A stretch of DNA of 62,715 nt. It comes from Proteromonas lacertae (Eukaryota). Positions within the stretch are counted from its first letter, which is position 1. Every line of letters begins with the position of its first letter. A program made the position numbers and the translations under genes. The notes under the pieces are model-generated. The model was not told the origin of the DNA, ran no database searches, and saw only the letters and a program-made list of their open reading frames with translations. Below, in pieces: positions 42,872 to 53,400 of the stretch. Location of the stretch: NCBI GenBank assembly GCA_002245135.1, contig NGBS01000880.1:124001-186715 (forward strand). The letters are read 5' to 3'.

Positions 42872-45800
42872 TTAGTAACTATTATTATTTTGAGTAAAAT
42901 AATTTCTAAATGGTTGTTGTGATTGTGGTGATGGTTGTTTTATTCTTTTTACTTGTGATGGAGGTGAAATTTGAGATTGATTTCTTATATGTTGTTGTGG
43001 TGGTGGAGTCTGACGTATTTGAGGAGTATTTCTTGTTTGTAACTGTGCTTGAGATTGAGTATTTAGCTGAGCTTGAGGTTGAACTCGAGGTATACTTCTC
43101 ATTTGTTGATTTCTTACAGGTTGTTGTATTTGTGGCTGACTTCTAGTTTGCTGTGGTTGAATTTGTCTCTGTTGGGCTATTGGTTTTGGTTTTGGCTGTA
43201 TTTGTATTTGAGATTGAGAAGGATTTCTAATTGGCGTTTGTTGTGGTGGTTGAATTGTATTTCTTCTCACTGGTTGTTCCTGTGGCTGTTGTACTTGGGT
43301 TTGATTCCTAGTATGAGGTTGTGGATTTCTTATTGGGGTTTTCTGAGGTGTTTGATGTGATTGAGAATTTGGTTGATTTCTAACTTGAGGAGTAGACTGT
43401 CTTTGAGGTTGAATTTGTGGAGGAGGTGGTATGTTTCTAACTGGCATTTGCCTTTGTTGGTTTGAATGTTGCTGTTGATTTACAACTGGTTGTTTAGTTG
43501 ATTGTGATTGTGATTGTTTTTGTATAGTTTGAGGATTTGGTTGATTTCTTTCTTGTTTTTGTTGTGGTTGTCTTTGTAATGGTTGTTGATTAATTACTAG
43601 CTGTTTCTGTGTATGAGGTGGTTTTCTCATTTGCATATTTCTATTTGGTGTTTGATATTGAACTTGAGGTTGCGGTAATGTTTGAGTTTGTGAATCAATA
43701 ATAACAGGTGGTTCTGGTATTGATTCTTCCAACATTCTAATTCTATCATCTTTTTCTTTCACTATTTCTTTTTCATTTTCCAACTCTATTTCCATCTCTT
43801 TCATTTTCCTTTGCAGAGTTTCAGTTATTAATTTCATTTCAATTAATGATTGATTCTGTATTTCAACCATCTTCTTTAGTTCATTTGTATTTGCTATTGA
43901 TTTATTCAATTGTTCATGTTGATGTAATATTCTTTCTTTCAACTTACTTTCTGTATCTTTATCAGATTCAATTGTTTTATTCAGTATTTCATTTTGTATA
44001 GTTAATTGGTTTATCTCTTCATCTTTTTCTTTTATTATTTCTACATTCTTCTTCTGTAATTCATTAATCTCTTCTTTTAATCTCAAGATTTCCAATTTAT
44101 TATTCTCAAATTCAATTAATTTATCATTCAATTGATTGTTTTCTTTTATCAAACCAATTATTTCTTCATCTTTCTCTTTATATAATTCCAATTGTTCTTT
44201 TAAATCATCTACTGTAGCTTTTAACATTAATATTTCATTATCTCTTTCTTCATTCATTCCATTACCATTTTTAATATCTTCAATTGTCTTTTTAAGTCTT
44301 CTTATTTCATTTATCTGATTTGAATACTGTATAAAATTGTTTACTTTTGTTCCATACTGTATATTCTTCAAGGAATAAGCAAAACTTAATGTATTACTAA
44401 TCTCATCACTATATTTTAATGTTGTATTGATATTACATAACATCACTGTTTTTGATTTACCATTGAAAGAATCTCTTAATAACAAAGTCAATTTATTTTC
44501 TTTGTAATTTATCATTACTCTATTTTCAACTAAATGATTTATAATGTTACTAAAACTACTAATAGATGGGTATAAATATTCACTTTTTTCTTTGATTTTT
44601 ATTTCTGATTTTGTTATTTTTCTATCTGAATCAATCATATCTACAATTGTTAATTTACTTTCTAGTACTTTATTAACTGTTTTAATCTTTAAAGTGACAT
44701 AAATAAACATACTTGATGGTATATCATCTTTTCTCTTTCTCTTTTCTTTACATATATTTAATATCTTTATAATATCTTTCTTATCATTAATTAAAACATC
44801 ATTAATATCTGAAAATTCAACTGTTTTATTAGAATAACGAATATTCAATTTGAAATCTTCATTTCCTTTTTCTTCACTATTATACCAATGTAAAATATCA
44901 TAAACTTCTTCATCATTCCTCAATTCAACAACAGATATTTTCATTTCACTATCATAATTATTGAATAAAATATAATTGTATATATCTATTATTATTCTAT
45001 AACTTAATCCTATATCACTATCTACATTTATTTTACCATTTTTCATCAATTTTCTATCTGTAACTTTATCAGTTTCTCCAAAAAGTGTATAACTTTTCCC
45101 ACTACCTTTTATCCCATAACTAATTATAGAAATATAATATCCATCGAGTAATGAAGGTATTACATAATTCAATTCATTATAAATATCAATTTGACTGCTA
45201 TTTTCATTAAAACAATTGTCAAATTCATAATATTTAAACGTATCTGTTGTTCCATACATTACAATTTCTTTTTCATTTTCATTATTTATTTCAACTATCT
45301 TTAATTCATTATCTTCATCATCTTCAGGTTTTCTACATCTAATATAAACATTGATTTTGTCTTGATCTACTATTGATTTTATTAATAATTTGTCATAATT
45401 CTCTTTCATTATATTTAATTCATCTTGTTGATACTGAATATAAGATGAAACTGAATCTAACATATTGGATAATACCATATTATATTCATTTAAATAATTC
45501 TTTATTTCTTTTGATATTTCTTTATTATTATTTTTGTTATTATTAAAACTTAAAGAATTTAACATTTCATTTACTATTCCAAATTGTTCAACATAATCAT
45601 TATCTGAGATTGAAATATCTCTTCGAATTGGTAATTCTATACAAATTATAACATTATTATATATAATACTATCTTTAATTGGTTGATTTATTAATTCAAA
45701 AGTTTTTGATGAATGAATAATTGGTGGAATAATCATTGTCTTTAAATATGAATATATCTTATTAACATCTTCTTTTAATTCTTGATTATTTTCATTTTCT

Positions 45801-46288
45801 ACTGTTTGAGAAAATTTCTATATCGAAATAATATATTCTATGATAATACATATGATTGAAATGACTGTTTATATAACTCATAAAAGGAAGATCTATAATA
45901 TCTCAACAAATCTGATAAATGAGTCTGTCTATTTTCCATTTCTTTCATTTTATCTATTTCCAATACCTAGTAATATTATATAGGATAATATTTTATACCA
46001 ATAGTCTATTCTGTTCTTTCAAATCTTCATTTTCTTTTTGAAGCCTTTTTGTATAACTCTAATTAATTCCAAAAATACAATATACAATTTTATATTCACT
46101 ACTATCTGTATTTTGGGATATATCGCAAATATTATTACTATCAACAAATGAGCTATTCTCTTCAATTGTAAACAGTTAATAAAAACAATAATTATTACAT
46201 TTTAACTTAAAAGGATATAAACTAACACTCATACCAACAAACAAAAGAATTAGAAAATCAAACCGGCTTGAGAAGATTTTTCAAACAT
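42872..46288 (-). CDS. Divergent kinesin-14-like protein with coiled coil and Q/P-rich tail; short 5' exons
   Basis: INVYIRCR, FDNCF..SSQIDIY, YGIKGSGKSYT, YKENKLTLLLRDSF.GKSKTVM; start approximate. Confidence 0.8.
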
Positions 46289-46351
46289 GTTTGAAAATAA
46301 AAACACAGTTTAACCCTCAATGATTTAGTTTTTACAATAATAATGATAGAA

Positions 46352-46383
46352 AGGGGGAAATGAGTACATACTCATTTCCCCCT
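46352..46383. repeat. Perfect 15-bp inverted repeat AGGGGGAAATGAGTA-CA-TACTCATTTCCCCCT at the inferred element end
   Basis: Directly visible. Confidence 0.95.
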
Positions 46384-46581
46384 ATAGTTTTTTTGTCCGT
46401 TTCATAATCAAACCATAATTCAAGCTTACATTATTTTTTCGCTTTTCTGTTTGAATTTAAACAAAAATAATTATTCCATTTGAATCCTCATCTTATGATG
46501 AATCTATTTATGTTGTTAGTTCAAATTATAGAAAGTGAATGACATATAATTTCAAAAAATAATTCAATAAAAACAATCTCA

Positions 46582-46633
46582 ATAGGATGGTCAACACATG
46601 GTGTGATATGACACCATATAGTGACCATCCTAT
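46582..46633. repeat. Imperfect long hairpin: ATAGGATGGTCA/TGACCATCCTAT outer stem, ATGGTGT/ACACCAT inner stem
   Basis: Directly visible 12-bp and 7-bp arms. Confidence 0.9.
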
Positions 46634-46809
46634 GTAATAAAAAAACAAAACAAAAAAATGGAGTTCAAGTCAAATCTCGAAACGCATCTATTTTTCTATT
46701 ATTGATATTTCTTATAAGACTTGTTATAATGCTAATTAATTATGTAAATTATGAAAACAACACTCCCACACAAACACAATCAATCATTTGAACCATTTAG
46801 GACCAGAGA

Positions 46810-47615
46810 TTAATAATCATTTTGGTACTCTGGCTCCTCCTCATCATCATCATCTACTATAAATTGGGAGAAGTTATCATCATCATCATCTTCCTCTGTA
46901 GTACTATCTTCTTGTTTTTGGTTTTTGGTTGAAATGTTTTTTTGATTTATTTTCTTTCTTTTGAATCTTGGAGCTTTAGATGTACTGCACTTTCTTTTTG
47001 TGGATACTACCTTTAACAACTTGTTGTTGTTGTCATCATCATCATTATAATCATCATCATCCAGATTATCAAACAACGATGCTATAGAGACTTTACTACT
47101 TACCATACTTTCAGCAGTACTTCTGTAAACTATATCTCCTTTCGAATTCTTGTTTTCTTCTTTTTCGCATTTTGCTAAATCGTTGTCACCGAAATGTATG
47201 ATATACATACAAGTCAGTTCTACCATGTCCTCCATTGCATGGTCAAGCATACGATCATACTATTGATTCAAAATTGAAATATATATTAAATAGATATACG
47301 ATGCTTTTGTCCAGATCCTCTTTATACATGATATTACATAGCAGGACAGACATCAACACTCTAGACATTTTTAACCTTTCATGACGATCACTAATCTTTT
47401 CAATTTCTGTGAATCTTTTGTACCATGTAGTGAAACGCCTTATACTGAAGTTACCATTCCAGCTATAGACATAATAATAATATATTATACCTATATCGTT
47501 GCAAATCTTTCTCATGTTCTACAATCGTCTTAAAATTCTCACATAAAATTTTATATATGCTCGGATTTGGATCATTAATGAAGCTGTTTTTGTATAGTAT
47601 CTTCCAGTTGCTCAT
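46810..47615 (-). CDS. Viral hypothetical protein with acidic tail and KRKK NLS-like motif; two introns (47463-47490, 47260-47299)
   Basis: Removing the 28-nt and 40-nt GTAT..TAG introns joins three ORF fragments in frame (...LQRY-SWNG..., ...DKSI-YDRMLD...). Confidence 0.75.
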
Positions 47616-47793
47616 AATAAGTGAATTGAAAGGGAAATAACGTTGAACAATGAACAAATGTTATATGTATATATGAAACGGATATATATATATTTTTAAA
47701 TGTTGCTATAAAGACATATAACTCTATTAATTTAGATAATATCCATAATGAAATGAATTTCATTATTACTTTTGTTTTTTGTTTTTGGACCAT

Positions 47794-49079
47794 ATGTTTA
47801 GCACTAATAGTTACGATCCACATTTATACAGCTCATATAGCAACCAAAACCCATATCCTGTCAAACCGTTACCTACAAATGGTAACTTATCACTTGCAAC
47901 ATATATTAACCATGGAGCACCGAATATTACACATCCAACAAGAGAGGCTTCGTATGAAGACCAAATGTCAAACCAAATTGCCCAATATCGATCACGCTTA
48001 GATGAGCTATATAAAAAATATTATTACCTTAATGAAAATGAATTTGTCAAAATGACACAACATTTGTCTAGTATGAATGATATAGCTCCACCACCAGATG
48101 TAGTACGTGAATACTTAAGGAGACAACCTGGAAAACAAATTGTTGATTTCAAATATAAAAAAATAATCCATTCGCAACTATCAAGAAGCCTGGGTACTTC
48201 CAAATGGATATAGTGTTTTTCTTACCTGATATGGAACATTTGTATTTTATCGAAATGAATTCAAGAAAAGTATGGGCAATATTTATGCCTAATAAATATG
48301 GTGATATTACATTGGATGCATTTCAGAAGTGGTATTATGAAACAGATGCCTATGGTAACAAAACACATAAAAATGTGGTAAGTATTCTATCAGATGCTGA
48401 TGCTAGTTTTTCAAATATTAAGAAGTTATGTGATGCTGAAGGAATATCATATTTTCAAAAAGATGGTTCAGAGCATAAAATAGAGTCATTATTGGATAGA
48501 TCAGTGAGTGTGATAAAAAGATTGTTGTACAAACACTTGGTGGATCTGGGATATGATGCACCTACATATATGGCAGATATTGATCACAATGATAAGCATA
48601 TTATACCAGATATGAATTATAAATTAAAACTCGATAGTATAATACAGGAAGTGATAGATGACTATAACAACAAGCCATTACCAGGAATTAAAGGATATAC
48701 CCCAAATGAGGTATTCCATAGTCCAGAATTACAAAAACAAATATTACAAAAATCAATTAACTACAACTTAAAGAATTATGAAAAATTGGATCATACTGGT
48801 CAAAATTTCGAAGTAGGTGATTTGGTGAGATTCAAAGAGAGAAGACGTAAAATGGATAAGAACATATACTGGTCAGACAATGTATATAAGATAATCAAGA
48901 AAAATCGATATTCATACAATTTAGGTGATATCAATGGGAATGACATTCAAGGTTTTTCATTAATTCGATTCAAACACTATGAGTTGCAGTTAGTGAGAAA
49001 AGATGATGCACCAACCACATGGTTTAGAAAAATACTGGAGAGACCCAAGAGAAAGAAGGGAGACAAATCAATATTGTAA
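47794..49079 (+). CDS. Polinton-type retroviral (RVE) integrase, ~428 aa, with a 1-nt frameshift in A7 at 48157-48163
   Basis: L..LY..YY...VREYLRRQ..KQI, PGYFQMD, ILSDAD, LLDR..IKRLL, YNN..TPNEV, FEVGDLVR..WS..YELQLV (SH3-like end). Confidence 0.88.
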
Positions 49080-49129
49080 CGAATAAATTTATATTATGTT
49101 ATATATTGTATATGTTGTTTTTTATTATT

Positions 49130-49320
49130 GGGCATTGGATAGACTAGCTACGATGAGGGCTGCGTTTCTAATTTATAATTATTTATTTATTTATTAAATT
49201 AATTTCACAAGGAATTTATGGAAGTTTAATAATTTCTACTTGGATGTGTTGTTTAATATTGCGCCATTGAAATTCGGCTTGAATCATCCTGGCACGGTAT
49301 ATCTAAATGCCCTTTTTTTT
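49130..49320 (+). ncRNA. Candidate Pol III small RNA 1 (~185 nt, VA-RNA-like)
   Basis: 5' GGGCATTGGATAGAC pairs with 3' GTATATCTAAATGCCC; T8 immediately after; degenerate B-box GGCTTGAATCA. Confidence 0.55.
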
Positions 49321-49328
49321 ATTTAATT

Positions 49329-49422
49329 GGGATCTGATAGACTGTGCAAGGAAAAAAGAGTCATGCAGCTGGCATTAGTGGTTCGATTCCTAGCACAGAC
49401 TATTAGTAATCCCATTTTTTTT
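49329..49422 (+). ncRNA. Candidate Pol III small RNA 2 (~88 nt, VA-RNA-like)
   Basis: Perfect B-box GGTTCGATTCC at 49380-49390 (+52); long terminal stem GGGATCTGATAGACTGTGC-A-AGGAA / TTCCT-A-GCACAGACTATTAGTAATCCC; T8 at 49415-49422. Confidence 0.7.
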
Positions 49423-49484
49423 AATTTCTTTTTTTTAAAATATTTTATTATACATATACATATAGTATATTCTATTTTTTATAT

Positions 49485-49892
49485 ATGCTTACACTACCAC
49501 CACAGATTGAATATAAATTACCAGAACTTGAATCCAAGGTAACAAAGAAATATCATTTAAGTGGTCCAGACATATACTTAGATTTGTATAGCCTACAATT
49601 CCTTATATTTTTTTATCATCGAAAACCTATATATCAATGGTATTTTGAGTTAACACACAAAATGATTAACATGATCATGAGTCAACGTTTGATATTAGTG
49701 TTTGTAGGTCCTTGTGACTTAGGAGATAGAGATAGACCCAAAGTTACATACACACCAACAATGAAAAAAGTAATCATTAGAATGCCACAAAGATGTTTTA
49801 ATGGTAAGATGCCAATATTCTTCAAATGTACTCATATGGATACAGAGATGATAGAATATATTGAAACTCATACAATATTTCACCACACATAA
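49485..49892 (+). CDS. Viral hypothetical protein (135 aa)
   Basis: ATG-initiated ORF with protein-like composition; no recognised motif. Confidence 0.55.
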   Translation: MLTLPPQIEYKLPELESKVTKKYHLSGPDIYLDLYSLQFLIFFYHRKPIYQWYFELTHKMINMIMSQRLILVFVGPCDLGDRDRPKVTYTPTMKKVIIRMPQRCFNGKMPIFFKCTHMDTEMIEYIETHTIFHHT

Positions 49893-49933
49893 CAAAACAG
49901 AAAAAAATAAAATAATTAAGTTATAATTTTATA

Positions 49934-50452
49934 TTATATTAAACCAAATTGTTTTTTCATTAACCTAATTTTTGCTTCACCCACTATTGTATTATAGTCA
50001 GTAGCCTTTTTGAAACTACACTGATCTCTTAAAATATTTTTCAAAAAATTAATAGCAAAAAAACCACAGTTAGCAGTATTTGAATTTTGGTTCTGTACTC
50101 CATTGATTTTAAGTTCATACTTTTCATTATGATACTTCTTTAATTTTTTCAAATTTATTTTAAATTCTTCCAAGTGTTGAGGATCTTCACCAAATGAATC
50201 ATAGTACAGGAATTGCTTCTTGATATTGTCAACTACTAAAGCAACCCAATGACCTACAGAATCAGGGCTAGCTTGTGTGGTGAGTGTATTGATTATGATT
50301 CCCCATTGATTTTTCTTTTTAGGTATAGGAAGTACAAGTTCGTCCCAGCAGAACACTCCCATGAACTTTCCATGAAAATTATTGAACTCATTTTTCACAA
50401 TTAACTCTATATCAAAGTTCGATAAGGCATCTGAAGTGATACTGTTATACAA
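49934..50452 (-). CDS. Adenain/Ulp1-like virion maturation cysteine protease; no own ATG, in frame with the upstream giant ORF
   Basis: LSNFDI..F.GVF..D.L, IINT...GHWVAL..YYDSFG...QNQ..NCGFFAINFL; catalytic H, D, Q and C intact. Confidence 0.92.
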   Translation of the reverse strand: MYNSITSDALSNFDIELIVKNEFNNFHGKFMGVFCWDELVLPIPKKKNQWGIIINTLTTQASPDSVGHWVALVVDNIKKQFLYYDSFGEDPQHLEEFKINLKKLKKYHNEKYELKINGVQNQNSNTANCGFFAINFLKNILRDQCSFKKATDYNTIVGEAKIRLMKKQFGLI

Positions 50453-50455
50453 AAC

Positions 50456-53400
50456 TTACCTACGTGAAATTAATTTCTTTACTTTTTTATTATTTCCATT
50501 ACCTATTCCAAAGTAACTCATAGCTTCACTGAGTTGTTTTGCTTGATCTAAATTACTCACTGCTCTACCAAAATTAGTGAGTGAACTTGGAATTGTTTGT
50601 TGTGAACGTTTCACGTAGTTATCCATTTTGATTGCATTCTTGTGTTGATATGGTGTTGGTTTTAACCAGTTTAATAAACCACCTGCATCTAGCAAACCAA
50701 AACAAGCAGTCAATGCACTGAATACTGTTCCTATACCTGCAACAGTTTGTAATGTACCTGTTGGATCAGCTGCAACAGCAGTTTTTGCCATTGATGGCAT
50801 AGCTTTTGATAATTCACTGATACCTTTAACTGCTGCTGCAGCAGTTGTTGCATCACCTCCATTTGCAGCTGCAGCTACAGTTGCTGCTGTTTTTAATGTA
50901 TCACCTACATTTTTTGCATCTATATTTCCAATATTAGAAAATTTATAGAAGAATGGAACTAATTGAAATAAGTATCGAACATATGGATGAGTATTGAACA
51001 TAAATGAAACACCAAAGTTATACAACAAGTCTACAGGTAACCATGATTTTTGAATTGCTTCAGGTAACATTGACTTAACTTTTTCTGAATTACCATAATA
51101 CAAGTCAGTGATAGCAGGTAATCTACCACCTGACAGCATACGAATTATCTCATAGTAGTCGAAAATGAAGTACCACATTACATACAAGAACCCTGATGTT
51201 GGTAGTTTAGATTTTTTCCATAACCAATAAGCCAAACATGTCATTACTATTGCACGAACATATTTCATTGCATGATCTACTTCAAACATTTGAGGAGTAA
51301 CTCCACCTACCAAATATGACTTCATTGTATAGTATATTTGTGGAAATATCCTAAATACATTCTCTACACACAGGAACAAATTACCAGCAAAACCCATAAA
51401 ATCAGATTCACGTAATGAATCAAGTGCTTTTTGAAATTGTGAATTTTCAAATTGTGCCCATGAACTACAAGCAGTTTTCACTAAACCAATAGCTATTTCA
51501 TATTTTTGTTTATTATCTGCATTCACCCACTCTTGAGGAAGTGAGTGACCTAACTTCTCTCTGTTATAATCAAAGTTAATGAAATCTCTATTATTCTGTG
51601 ATGCTATTTCATTTAGTTCTCTATATTTATCTTCATTAATCCATGTATGCGGTTCTTTATCTATATCTATAGCACTATTCACTAGTTCTTGATTTTTTGG
51701 ATCTAATGCCCATCTATAAAATTTTGATCTTTCTAATATCTCTGGATCATCCATATATCTTTGTGCCTTTTGATTATTCAATGCAATATATTCTTTTACT
51801 TTTTCAGCTCGATTCGGATCAAAATTATATGGATCTGAATATTGATTGATCTTACTTACTCCATCAACTAATTCATTTTGCAAATACTCCTGCTGCAGTA
51901 ATAGTTTGTTATAATATTCTATTGCATCTTTATCATTACCTGTTAATTTATCCCAAGTTGAGGTCAACCAATCTTGTCTATAATTTTTATAGGCTGCTAA
52001 TTGAGGATTCTTTTCTATAATCTCTTGTAATGATTTATAATTTTGTAATTTAGGAAATTTTTGTAACAAAGGATCTGTAACTCTATTCATTCCATTATCA
52101 TATGCCTGAACATCTGCTTCTGTAACATATTCAGGCCAATTCAAAAGATAGCTTCTTGGATTAGATGTATCTAATACTGCTAATGGGAATGTTCCTCTTA
52201 AATTTCCTGTTTTATGTTCACGATCTAGCATATCATAAAAATTAATATGATAATTGTTAGGAAGCAAAGAAGCATAATTATTAGTTAATGCATATTGAAC
52301 TTCTTTTCGAGCTTGTCTATTCAAACCTGGACTAAATAATTTATCATAATTCCAATTATAATCATATCCTACAGTTTCTATTGGTATATATGGTTGAATA
52401 TATTCTGGTATTTGACTTGGCTGTAATTGTGATGTTCCATTATAAGCAGCACTAGCAACATCATACATTTGTTGTCTTGGATTAGTAATAATGACATGCT
52501 CATTAGGACCAACACTTTGACCCACTCTTAATGGTATAATACCACTATTACCACCTAATTTCTTAGTAGCCAAGAGATGCCTCCGTGGGATACTCTCTAA
52601 TTTTAGTTTATTTCTTCTGTGATGTTTCTTATGTTTGAAATGAACATGTTTTCTTCTACCTGAGCCTGTCTTTGGATATCCATCTAAAGACATACCAAAT
52701 AAACCATAATTTACTTTAGGCCATAAATGATATTCACTACCCATACCATTAATTAAATTACACACATCTGATCGTGCTTCTGGAACACTACGACCACATT
52801 GATATTTGAAATAATGTAAGTAATCTACTAATTGATCTATTGTTCCACCATAGCTGGAATACTTTGATATAATATCTAATGGCAATCCTACATTTTTACA
52901 TACATTTTCTAAATCTTGTTTTGTATTATTCATAACCATTTGCTTAACTGATTCATAATCATATTGATTAATCAAAAATGGTTGTATTTTTTCCATAATA
53001 GCATCTATATTGTATCTTTGTTGTTGTTGTTGTTGTTGTATTGGTTGTGTGTTATTTTGCAATGTTGGCTGGGCTGCTGCCGCCGTGGCGGCAGCAGCAC
53101 CTGCCATCATTCCGGCGTAACTTGCAGCATTTGAACTTTGATTATTATAACCTGCCCCAGTTGCAGGTATTGAAGTTGTAACATTAGAACAGGGGGCAGT
53201 TGTAGTACTATTACTTGTATTATTATAACTGGGGGCAGTTGTAGGTATTGAAGTTGTATTATTAGAACTGGGAGCAGTTGTAACATTCGATGCTTGAATA
53301 TTTGAAGTGGCCGGCGCACTCGTCGAATTTGTTGTTGTTGAAGGAGTAGCACCAAATATACCTCTGAACCAGTGTTGTATTTTTCGGTCAAAAATTATAG

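Noticed and set aside
46660..46672. B-box-like GTTCAAGTC near the left end
   Set aside because: Minimal match only, without paired ends or a suitably placed T-run.
49329..49414. tRNA gene
   Set aside because: It has a T-loop/B-box sequence, but no 7-bp acceptor, D-arm or anticodon arm; the ends form one long stem instead.
53107..53391. 94-aa ORF from the track
   Set aside because: Shadow frame; the true frame is the Thr/Ser-rich upstream extension of ORF 50456-53110.
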